Shown: piece after piece, positions 14,365 to 39,700 of the stretch
Layout: the number at the start of each line of letters is the position of its first letter
Position numbering within the stretch: the stretch's first letter is position 1
Assembly (NCBI GenBank): GCA_030141605.1
Contig: JAQGDQ010000043.1
Location: 124,001-188,000 of the forward strand
Length of the DNA stretch: 64,000 nucleotides
Direction of reading: 5' to 3'
Source: Tubiluchus corallicola
Taxonomy: Eukaryota; Animalia; Priapulida
Notes under the pieces: model-generated
What the model was told of the DNA's origin: nothing
Database searches by the model: none
Seen by the model: only the letters and a program-made list of their open reading frames with translations
Position numbers and translations under genes: made by a program

Positions 14365-14677
14365 CATCATCATCATCAAATCACTATTGCGTCTATTGTA
14401 GACATTGAGTGGGATGATTTCTAAAATGAAAATCTGCCCACAAACCAAGTAAACATAGCAATAATCCAGCAAAAAATAGACTCTGTTATGCCAGTGGTTT
14501 GCCAGTTCAACTTCCGAGAAACATCCCTGCATCCGCCCTTAACGAAGAAACAGTGTTCAGATATAGTGTGACAGATGTAGTATGCAAGAGGTAGCAGTCA
14601 CCCATCCATCTATTAAGCAGACGAGCTTTACTTAATTTCCGCTGCGAAGCACAAACCTTTACCTTTCAGCTATTCCT
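14365..14677 (-). mobile_element. Candidate SINE with tRNA-like A-box, 5S rRNA-like segment and (TGA)n tail
   Basis: The minus strand has TAGCTGAAAGGTAAAG (A-box-like), then GAAATTAAGTAAAGCTCGTCTGCTTAATAGATGGATGGGTGACTGC (resembles the 5S internal control region), and ends in (GAT)n at about 14366-14377. The 3' part recurs at 46805-46937. Confidence 0.6.
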
Positions 14678-17600
14678 ATTATTTCGCACAAGTGTGTAGC
14701 AGACTAAATGTATGTGAAGTTGTGATTAGAGTCCACGGACTTGGAAGAGGCACAATATTTGGCAGGCAGTCTGGCGCTACGGAGCATTTTTGCTATAATT
14801 GCTATATGGTTTCACAACACTAAACAAGCGTTTCCTGCCCAAAAGTGTGCCTAATGGCCATAGTTGACAACTATAGTAAATTTGCAACAGATGTTTCTCT
14901 CAGGCAAAGGCTTGTATACAGTTACCGTATTGTATAGCTCATTGTGAATTCGGGTATGTTTACCATAATTTGATCTAGATGGACTTTTGCAGCCAACACG
15001 TCCACAGCTCCCAATGAGATGCTGCGGTTGAAACCATTCAGTGTTGGGTGATCGCAGTACCCACTACTTATCTTGCCTGTCTGTAAAAAAAAGTGGTATC
15101 ACATAAATTAATATTAGGTACGGGACGGTTTGGTACCGGAGAGCTCAGACAAGCCTATGGAAACAAGGATCGAGATTATTGTACTTCTGTCTGCTTCAAC
15201 TGCCGCTTTGATTGAGACCAGGAAGCATGTAACTAACATCTGCCGCCTTGACCGAAATCAACCACGAAGACATGTGATTGGTGTTCTCATCTCAACATTC
15301 TGCCCCTTTAAGTGCCCCGTGGTTTGCAGTTTTACATCACTGTAATTTGGTATGCGAATTTTACTAATGTTACTTTGCCCGTTTGCCATACATGTTGCTG
15401 CATTGCATCTCTAGATTTTCTTAACAGGTCTCGAGTTTTCAGTTTTTCATCAATTAGTCAAGTGGTATCCATGCATGCAACATCAAGGTTTTGTGACATT
15501 TTGTTCCAAATGTGGTTCGTCATTGTCACAGTAAAAGCTAATCTGTGAAGAAATAGTAATTCACACTTCATGGAATTATGCTTGGAATATATTATCGCAG
15601 GGTTTGAGCATTGTAATATAATGGCATATCTGAAATTTGAAATGATTTACTTTTAGAAGAGGTTTTAGAATCTGTTGCTAACTAGTACATTTTCTTCAGC
15701 GCTACTGTAGAACATGGGTGTAAGCTGAAAATGTCTAGAAGGACCCTTGAAACTATTCGAGTTACACTTCTCTTACATGCGCCTAAATAATTGATATTCA
15801 AAACGAGCACTGGGCAGCAGAAATACATGGAAGAGCCGGCTGTTATAATCCATATGTATGATTGTGATACATTGTACGCATTCCAGCCTTTTTTACATCA
15901 GTGTAATGAACATGAATCACCTGGAGGCCATCTTGTTGTGTGTCTGTTGTCTGTCACTCTCACAGTATCTTGTTACTGGAGTTTTCTAATGGCTGTGGCA
16001 CATGCAGAAAAAAAACATTTACAAGAGTAGAGGATAGTATTGCTAAATCGTGCTGCTTTGCTAGTCTCCTGAGAACTTCCCCCAAACACGTGTGGTTAGG
16101 CGGAGCTGCTTACGTGACATAATTCTTTCAATTTTATTATGATTATTACTATTGTCATGTGAAGCATCACAGGCAAAACAGGACTATTTAGCGGGGTGCT
16201 TACTATCTTTATTACACCTCTTTGCTTCTAGAACTGACCCGAAAGCTTGGTAAGTTCTAGGTCTGAAAGTCCACCGAGTCTGACATCTAAAAGTGTTGAT
16301 ACACATTCGCTAGTAGTTATAGCAACTTCGCTTTGAAATCTTTCTCAAAATTCCGTCAGCTTTTTCGTTAAGTTTGATTTTGGTTGAAGATGTAGCACCA
16401 CCTGTAGTTGGTCAATTAGAAATGGTATTGTCCCAGACTCTCAGCTCTATAATGATAGTGGGCTTGGTGGCACCGTTATAATGTTGGAATTATTGGGTTC
16501 ATAACTTCACATGTACTTTACCTCCTCGTAGTTTTGATCAAATATTGTTTTTCCAAACCAGACTATTGAGAATGCGACCGAATGCATCTTGCTGTATAAG
16601 TATCTGTTACTTGAACCCTAACTAGCAAACTTTGATCTGTAAGATTATCTACGTGTAAAAACTGAATCCCCCAGCAGCTGTTTCATTAATAATATTGCGT
16701 TAGTTGAGTACTTGACTGTATCCACTACAATGAGAGCCAGAAGCCGCCTATAATCAATCCTAACCTTATCATCATTATTAATTTGGTTTATGGACAGATG
16801 GATCAAACTAACTACGCCCAGCTGTACACGTTATTAGCAATATTAATGGTGGCGTATCCAACCAATCATCATTTCAAAGTTCTTTAATAAGCTCTGACTT
16901 AAGGCCATTTGGGTTTGGGAAACTGGAGAAAATTTTTTGTAAGACCACTAGACGCATTGATACACCTAAACAACTTATAGTGACGTTTTCAAGTTCATGG
17001 GTCCCGCTTTCACTTTCATCATCATACGTAGGTCGACCACACATATGAGCTTCTTTCATACTTAATGATATAATGTACAGTGTTTATCTATGAGATTTAT
17101 GATTACCTGGTTTTTATCGCGCATCAGGTTATATTTTCTTGATGGGCCACGACCATTGTGTAGGCGGAGGGGGTATTGTATGCTTTGAATGTAGTAAATG
17201 TTCACATATAATCAAAGGTGCTGACTGTGTTTAGGTCTTTCATGTTGCTGTTATTGCTATATGTTTTTTTTTCCTAATTTCTAGCGCTTTACTGAAATTT
17301 CTGGCAACTTTTCGCAATCTCTCGTGTTTTGTCATGATTTTGGGATTCAGTCAACGATTAATATAAGTTTTGTAAATAAAGTTTTGGTGTATATCTGAGT
17401 CTGAGTATATTCAAGTCTGGAAATACTGCAATGTGCTTTAAAATCATTATTGTGTTGTGAAATTATGATTTTCTTTGCAGGTCAGACTGCCAGACAGTGT
17501 AGCTTGCTGAAGCGTTAACATAATAGTAGGCTTGTCTTCCTAATATGGCTGTTTTTATTGTTTTACGTAAAGTTTTTTATGCTTTTGAAGAAGACAAGAA

Positions 17601-19360
17601 ACTGACAGAATACTGCAGTAATCCTAGACATTTCCGACTAGATGTTATCTAGATGAAATCTTATTTCTCTTATCACAAAACAAGAGTTTTTTGAAGTGTA
17701 ATGCTTTCGCGTGCCGGAGGTAAAGATTTTGTTTCCTCGGTTGCCATGACGACAGCCAAAATCGTCCGCAAAACGCTTGGACGCTACACGTGCAGTTAAT
17801 ATTTAACGCAAGTTTCGGGTGGAAAGTTTGTAACTAAAATTTTCCTGAATATTGTTTTTGCGTTGTTATATTTTATTGCGCTTCGCTTTGTGACGTTTAA
17901 AAACACTAAGCATTTTTAGATTACTCGCTTGCAAATCGATGCGCTTCGATGAAAACATAAAAAATAGATGTGCTTCATTTGCTACTGCCTCTGCGGTTCC
18001 CCTACTACCCTTAAATTAAATCTATGTAATGTCATTATCATTTGAGAAAAACCGCTAATTTTACTCAACGTTTAAGCATTGCTTTTTGTAGAGGGTTGTA
18101 ACAATTTTCTAGCTTATGACATGGCATTGCCTGGAAATTTAGCTCAAACTGGCTTCAACTGTTTGGTATCATGGGCTTCAGTCAGTTCTTGGATGAGCGC
18201 CTCCTAAAGCAATCATAGTTGATTAAACTTTGAGTGTGAGCTTCATCTTGAATGAATTCAAGAATCAGCCAAGTTGACCTATCGCAGTTCACTCAGTTCT
18301 TAGTTAGTAACGAGGATCGTTTAAGTACAATGTTATGTTTAAAAATAAATAGTACTGTGCTACTCAGGAATAGCATATTTACAGAATTTTATGTCATACA
18401 GAGTAAAAGCATTGCACAACGAATTTTCATCTTCAGTCTCACAATATTTAGTAAAATTACTTATTTAAAATCATTACATTATTTCTTTCAGTTTCAGGCT
18501 AACTTTTAGTTAACGAAATATTTTTTTGTTGCCTCATGTTGTTATTAGATTATCTTATACTTGGCTTGCATTTTCTGCAGCTGAAATATCACCAAGCTTT
18601 TGATGTCTGATGAAAAATACTAAGTTCCAAAATAATTTGTAAGCTGCTTAACTTCGTTCAAAAGGATTCTCTGTAGCAATTAATGATTCCACAAAATCCT
18701 TTTGCAGAATGCTTCAGTGTTGATTTGACTCACACTGGTTTGAAGTTTGGAAATTTGCATTAATTAGTAGTTTTATGTAATATCAACAGATATTTGGAAC
18801 ACTGACTATTGAAACTAAGATAACTTTTTTGAAATCTCGGAATATACATTCTGTATTTGCATCATTTTAATATCTTGCAGCAATCACATTGTAAAATCTG
18901 ATCGTAGGTTGCCTTTGCGGAAGACTTTGCTAACTAACATGATCTTGGGAATTAAAAACTTGAAAGTGATACAAAAGATTTGCTGACTAATAAATGACAA
19001 TTTGTCTAAATAATTGCTGTCAGGTAAAAAAGCGAACAGAATCACATATTGCAAAGGAAAATTTTGCAAAAGTCAAAATGAAAGTCTCGAGTGATGTCTT
19101 CATATTGTTGGGTATTGAATAAAATAGTTCTTTTGATTGCATTTGATTCTAAAATGCATTTTCGTTTTCCATTAGGATTTCTGAGTCATTAGTCTTCCCT
19201 AGTTTGTTCCTGATGTATTGCTGTCTATGTATAATTATATAATATGGTATTTATACATATATATGTATATGGTATGGTAAGTATATTATGAATGAAATGC
19301 AATTTTGTTTTTAACCTTATAAGTGGTACCTACAAATGTTCAAATTTATTTGAATTTCAG

Positions 19361-32262
<12,902 letters not shown>

Positions 32263-33996
32263 CTGCCTTCCTATAGTATACACATTCATACGATTTTCCC
32301 ATAAACATATCAGCTGGCTTTGTCATCCGAAAAAGGTTCACCAATTCGCTACTCATTTCTAGCTGGTTGTGAAACTTGTGGCATATTTAGCATCGTTGTC
32401 AACCATCTTGAGCATGTTTCATCAGTAGGTTGATCATAATCTGGTGCAGAAACAAAAAACGATAAATAATCGTTTGCAGTTGTTTGTTCCTAGGATACAT
32501 AAGTTTGCTATTTTAGTAGGTGCTATAGGAAATACTTGATCTTTTTTTGGTATTAAGATTTGCTTTTTGTTTTATTGAGTTTTTCTTTTCAGACAGTAAT
32601 TGGTTAGATGCAAAGATACCGCTGATAGTTGGACTAGCATTTTGTTTCCCACTGTTTGTGAACTATATTTTACAATAATTACTGTAAAATTGTCAAAGTA
32701 AAATTTTAGCAAAGTTAGCAATATTGACTGGAATTGTTTTGTCAACTTTGCACCCTTCATTTACTCATGTCTTTTGATTTGATTTTAGCTCTTATTGTTA
32801 TTACGTAGTTTTTTATGTTAACTTTAGTTATAGTTGTTAATGCATTATTGTAAGCACTAAAGGTTAGATTTTCATTCCATTTGTGAGTAAAATCTATGCC
32901 AGTGGTGAACTCAAAGAAAGAACAACATAGTTTTTATACATTCTGTTATCAAGTGAACATGCTGTCTCTGTTATTATTCAAAAATCTTCCCTGAAATCCA
33001 TATGACTGTTTTTATTACGGAGTGAAACTTTTACTGGAGTAATTTCACGCATGATCTACATTAGTATATTGCATGAATCTGTTGGTACTTGCGTTTTCTG
33101 TCTAAGTATTGCCAAGAGAATTTCAAATAATCTAAGAACATACTTTGTCCCTACTTGCAACACATTGAGGGGGTTGTATGTTAAACACACTACTAACACA
33201 TTATTAACTGAAATATAATTATGTGAAAAGGCATTATTCCCAGTTCAAATATTTCGGTCGTAAAAAAAACCATATCTTATCATGGGTATTGAGTGTAATC
33301 ATGTGAATAATATCTTCATGTTTGTAGTACCCTATAAAAATAATTCCGGTTAGATTAGTGGCTTTGGTCCCAATAAATTTAAAAACTGCAGGTATGCAGT
33401 CAGTGTTTGAAACCACACGCCCTAGTAATGGAGGCATGTTTATCATTATTCAGCAATGCATACCACCTTGCATAGTTATTTTTAGATTTTGTCAGTACAA
33501 TATGGTACTAAATTATTGCTCACCTAGTTTGATGTGCCATAACTTAACTTTTGTAGACTTTCCTAGTCACACTAATATATAATTTTTATGTAGCTTTCTA
33601 GTGTAAATAGTGTAGCTGCTTGCTTTAGCATGCTAAGCATCATCATAGTTTTCAGCTTATATATTTGTTTGTGTGAGTCATTATCTGAACAAAATACTTA
33701 CATTGAGTGGTAAGTGGCAACTGACCTTAAAACAGGAAACTAATTCTTATTTATTATTTATGCTGGTCAGTATGCACTTTTTTTACTTTCTTTGAGTTTT
33801 GTCTTGCAATTTTTATTTATTGTATTATTTATTTTAAACTGGTCTTGTCTTGCCTTTCATAATTTTTTTATATGAAAATGCTGCAGATGCAGGTACATAG
33901 GAGTTTATGTAACGTGAAGCAGTTTATTCTCACAGCATGCATGTGCCTTGTTTTAATTTAAGTATATTTTACTAACTATCCTGTTTCCCCAAAGGG

Positions 33997-34223
33997 TTTT
34001 GTGGACATAATTTTGTTTTCTGTGTTGGTACATTTGTGAACATAACTTTGTTTTGTGTGTTAGTTCATTGTTTTTCATTATTAGTGTTTGAAACAACATT
34101 TGAAAGAGACCATGAAATTTTCAGTCTTACGCAGTAAAGTTTTGCAAGGTGTTTTTCATTATTAGTGTTTGAAACAACATTTGAAAGAGACCATGAAATT
34201 TTCACTGTCTTACGCAGTAAAGT
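33997..34223. repeat. Adjacent tandem duplications (about 35 bp x2, then about 71 bp x2)
   Basis: GTTTTTCATTATTAGTGTTTGAAACAACATTTGAAAGAGACCATGAAATTTTCA.. starts at both 34070 and 34151, preceded by a degenerate 35-bp doublet. Confidence 0.85.
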
Positions 34224-35517
34224 CGAATGCACATTTATCAGCAACTCTTGGGTATTTTGAATATATTTAAAGCATCTTGGTTTAACATTGAAACAGCTTT
34301 ATGAATGTTTTTGCCAGTTGTAATGCAAACTCGTTCATAAAATGCATTTTCCTCCACCAATAATTTCTTATTTTATTTGTAGTGTTAGCGCTTCTGAATA
34401 TCATGTATATGTAAACGTTATTGATTGATCATAATTGCACCGATGTTCTGGCATACTGCCAAGAAGTTCCTGTTTAGCAAATTAGCAATGTGCTTGATTT
34501 TGTAAATGCTTAGTTGAAAACTTTACAAAGTAATGCGTCTTCGAAAATAATATCGATTGTGGAAATTAAATTTTAAAAAAAACATGAATTAATTTTTATT
34601 TGTTTTTGTTAGTATTGCTTGATGTCTCTGCTAGATGAAACAAATCTCATTTGCATCCATTTTTGGTGATTATACTGTGTAATAGTTGACACATGCTGGA
34701 ACTAATACAGTTATTATTAGTTACGGCTTTTTGCAAAAGTGCTTGTTCTGTGGGAATCTTCATCGTGTTAAAGAGAAACAGGTATTTGACGAATTCTACA
34801 AGAGTGGTTAGTGGCAGCACAAAATAAAGCTGGCATCCAAACCACCATTACAGGCCATGACAAAGTTAAATAGTGCCAGGTTTGGTTAGTGAACAGATGA
34901 GCAGTATAATCCAACTATTTTCCTAGTTTGGTAATGAACTAGATTACAATCGTGCTACTTATTGGCATTCACAATTTGGCATTAGCAGTAAGTTTTGTCT
35001 TCTAGCCAAATCCTAGCTTAACCACCAGGGTCTAGTGGTAGACCCTGTTTTATTCACATAAGTTTGGGTGCTTGATAGTGAATGTGGGTACAAAGCCTCG
35101 TCAAAAGGCAAACATGAAAGTAAGCTATCCTGTCCACAACAAAAATTGTAGACTAATGCCTACTTTTTAACTAAAACTCTGTATTTACTTTCCCAGTTAG
35201 ACATGTTTCTACGCATTGAGAGAGCTACCAATTTTTTGAATATGCACACTTAGAAACTATGTGAGAATATTACTGACAGTTCTATGCAAAGTTTCCTTTA
35301 GGATAAGGTTAAATATTAGGATAAGTGATAAAATTAAATTAAGAATACCACAAAAAATTCAGATGTAATGCACATGGATGCGTGTTGTACATATCCATCC
35401 ATTATAATCTTTAATTTTATGTGAACTTCGAACTTTTCAATTAGAACATTACATCCTTTATTTGTGTCATTGCGTGAACTGAACTGTTTCATAAAAATAA
35501 TGGATCACCGTAAAATA

Positions 35518-36722
35518 TCAGCTGTCAGAACTGTGTATGTTACTAAACTGAGGAAACAACACTCTTTCTATAAGATCAAGCCAGTTTGTTTGTGTGTACG
35601 AGTCAGTCAATTCTTGACTGTCTTCAAAATCGACTAAAGGAAAAGTTTGCGTCTCAGTGTCAGTGCCAGCTAACTCCCTTTCCACGTCCAACGCATTAAG
35701 CATTGTCTGCGTCTCCACTGACTGCAAGTCGAGCTCATTAACAACGTTGAATGTTTGGGTTTCCACGTGCGCTAAGTCGGAACTGCCAAAATTCGTAAAC
35801 ATGTCATTCATCTGTAGATTCGCTACTGCCGTTTGAGTTTCAACGGACATTCCGCTTGCTACCTGCATCCCCGACTCAGACAGAAAATCCATTTGTAAAG
35901 CAGTCTGTGCACCAGAATCCGAATGCTCAGACTCTGAGGGCAACATATTTTGGTGTTCATTCGACAAAGTCTGAGTCTGCACAGACAATCCGCTAGGAAC
36001 CTGTGCCCAAGAATCAGACATACAAGATTCTTTTGAAACTCCCAGTGCTTTAGAAACTGACATGTCAGCTGCAAAAGCTATTTCATTTTGCACTCCAGTG
36101 GAAATTCCTGAATATCTTTCTACGACTGGCAATGAAGAATAGCCCGACTCATTATAAAAGCTGCTAGTGCCATCTGTCAGAAGTATTGGAATACTCTGCG
36201 AAATGTAACCCGACTCACATCGATGGCAGTCACTAGTTCCAGTCATCGATTTGTCAGCTGCCACATTATTAATGCATCTTATTTCCGCTTGGTCTGCAGT
36301 TATATAATGGCTTGAAGAAACAATTGTATGACTAGTTTTAGGCAGGAATGCATTGTAAGCTTGTTGAAATGCAAGGTAATTAGTAGATGGATCCTCACTT
36401 TGAACACTGTTTGCAACAAAATTGTCAGCGAAATGATGAAAACCTTGAGGAAAGAAATCATGAAAGCGAGTTTGAGTGGACATGGCGGCGTTGTCAGCCA
36501 TCTTGTCATTTGAATGCGCAGTCTGAGTTTCCATGGTTTTACCTGGACCCCTGTATGTCTCAGGAGTTTGTGTCTGGTTATCCTCGGTAATAGGGCTGGA
36601 AGAAAACCGGTTAGAAGATAAAAATGGCGTCTGTGTTTCGATGTCCACAAGCCCTAATTCATGCCACAAATCCTCACCAGTTTGCGTCTCCATATTTGAA
36701 AGCATCTGCAGGTACGACAGAC
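35518..36722 (-). CDS. ATMIN: ATMIN last exon (TQT repeats)
   Basis: Within ORF 35518-36729; ttgatag acceptor. Confidence 0.9.
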
Positions 36723-39700
36723 CTATCAAGAACGTAAGTGAAAATTAACATCGAACGAGTGCTGCTCTTCAGTAAATCTAGGTACCAAAAGATGGCACTG
36801 CTTGTGTAATACAAAAAGAACAAATTCAAAAACACCAATTAGCAATTATTGATCTATGGCAACATGTGTTATGGCTCACATAATCTTTTATGCAAAGTTA
36901 TTACAGATAATCGTTGTTGTTTAGGTGTTAAGGGCCTACTAACACGCAAAAGTGAAGTTGCCTGCCCACCTGCCAAACTCTCGGGCTCTGATACCTGACA
37001 CATGCGTAGTAACATCGACAGTGACCTCTGTATTTGGAAAGATTTCTCTTTCTCTCTTTGCATGTGGCCTGGACAGGTAGTCGCATAAAATGCGGACTTT
37101 ACATTTTAACTTGCCTTGACGTCAGTGCTGTCTTGCTTTGTAAAAGGCCAGTAGAGATCAATGTCATTCTATAGACGATCTGGGGTCCATTGGTTCAATA
37201 CTGCAGTTTGACAGGTGGTGAGTATATGGTATGTATGGTATATGGTAACAAAGGTATGACTGTAACACTTGGACTGTAAACACGTCCTCGGGCACTCTGA
37301 ACGATCTCTAGTATTACATTCCTGTTAACTAGATCGGCAGCCCTCTGGAACTACTATGCTAACCGTTAATAACGCACGAAGCTGTATGTGTGCAGTAGGA
37401 ACTATAGCTGGTATTCTATGACTACACCTAGCTCATATTTGGCAGGGGTCCAACGAGTGGATTCCCCTACTAAAACCCTTAATATTGTGTAAAATTGTAT
37501 TATTTGTAGCTCTGTTAAGCAAACCAGTTTCTTTGATTATTATTAAATTTTGTATGCAACTTAATTCGTATTCCTATTTTCATCTTACGTTTTCTGAGTC
37601 GAAATAATAAAATGCCCTCTGCTAGATGCAGATGTGAACAGGTGTAAGTTTATGCCCCGTAATGATAACATCAATGTTTTAGACTGTTCTACATCCGATA
37701 TCCTGGCTGCTGGGTGGAAATGAATGCATGTCGTCCCCACAGTACCTTAGTGGAAAAGCCGCGACATAACAGTTGGCCGCAGCGATATAACAATATGATG
37801 TTAGCAGCTGTATACACTAGAACAGATACACAAAAATTAAATTATTTTCAGAATAAATGCTGAAATAATAAAACTAACCTGAATTGCTATCTGTCATACT
37901 CATGAAATCCATGCAGCGTGAACTGTCTGTTTGTGTCTCCATGTGGAAGGAATTATCTGCTAAGGTTGAAATGCTGCAGTTCTTGTTTAGTATTTCTGCA
38001 AAGCAAAATAAATTTGTTATCCCGATAAAATGAGTTATCTAGGTATTTGGTAGAAATACGAAAACCACGAAAATAAAGAGTAAGAGGTATGGAACTCAGG
38101 GAGAGAGAGACAGAGACAGATTACCTGAGCTACTGCCACCAAGTTCTGCCAATTTTGACCAACATGGACTATTACTTCGTGCTTTGAATCTTTTTGGTTT
38201 TTCTTGTCGTCTAAACTTTGTCTTGCATCGGTATTCAACTGGCCGCTGCTTTGTTCTTTTAAGCTGAGCAGTTAGCACAGAATCCTAACAAACAACAAAA
38301 GTACATTGCTACATCAAATTACTTGTATAGCATAATAGCGAGTGAAATTGGACAATCCATACTTGAATCTTTAATAGTACTATTTCTTCAACTACTTTGT
38401 AATTTACTAGAAGAATGTTACAAATCAAGAACGTGTACTGTGGTCCGAAAGTCAGTCACTTGAGAAAAAGAACAGTAAAATCACTGACACAAAAACTTTT
38501 ACTTTTACTTAAAAAATCAACATAATTTGCATTCACTTCACCGATGTTGTAACACAACATAATTTTATTATTGATCTAATTCCTAATTACAAATTTTCAA
38601 TAACTAAAAGCAGTTTAAATAAGGCTCTAGTAATATACCTTCATCACAGCATGCTTTCTAGTTTTGATGTGTAGAGATCTTTTTTTCTGACTGATCAATT
38701 CTGACTAAAAAAATTTACTCGTTATTAGCTAGCTTAATAAAATCATACAAATGCTATTTAAAATTTGAGAGAGCTCTCCTGAGAGTTGCCATTTTAACAT
38801 AAAAACACTGAATTCCATTTATAGTCCCACAATGACTCCTGAAATAAATAAATAATCACTGTGAGACTACAGAGGGCATTCATTGTTTTTATGTTATTTA
38901 AATTCTTCATTAACAAGCAACAACTTCGAATGTTATGCTTTGTACTTTTGTCAACAGAAATATATATGTTAAAGTTGTCAAATGGGGTGCTAAATGAGTT
39001 ATTTGAGATATTAAAGCATTAGAACAAAATAAAGCATAAAGAACAAAATAAAGGGATAAGCTATACCTTTAAATCACTCGTTGAAACAGCTTGATCTTTA
39101 GTTGCAACAAGTCGCTGGTGTGATAAACCGTGTTGATTAGAACTAAGAACAACAACTAAACAGCCTATGTCGGAAGAAGATGGTTTGGGCAAAATCTGTC
39201 TGACAGTCTTCACATCTGCGCAGTGACGATTCATAGAATGATCATGAGACTCTGCATTACCAGTGGCTGATTTCACACTAACTACTGACTTTTTGTGTTC
39301 ACATGTTAAATTGCAAACACTGGATGAAATAGGAAATGATGGAATGCGATTTTTTCCCAACGTGGATGATTCCCGTATCATTCCAGAATGTGCAACAGCT
39401 AAAGCTGCTGTTGATGAAGCCACAGGTACCATAGAAGTACAAAGGCCAGCTGTAGGCAAAACTCTACAAAATGAGGAAGTAGGTGTAGTTAAAGTTACAT
39501 TAGCAGATAAAGCAGCAGAAGTTCCAGTAGATGAAACAGCAGAAAGAGAAGATCCTGTAGAAAAGGTAGTGCCAGAAAATGCTGTGGTACACGCATCAGT
39601 TACAGATGAAGCTCTGGAAACAGCAAAAGAAGTAGCACTTGACGTATACGCATAAGAAGAAAATACATGTGGAGATGAAATACCAGAAGATGAAGTACAA

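Noticed and set aside
14594-14640. Genuine 5S rRNA gene
   Set aside because: Only a diverged internal segment matches; the flanks are SINE-like and the 5S ends are absent.
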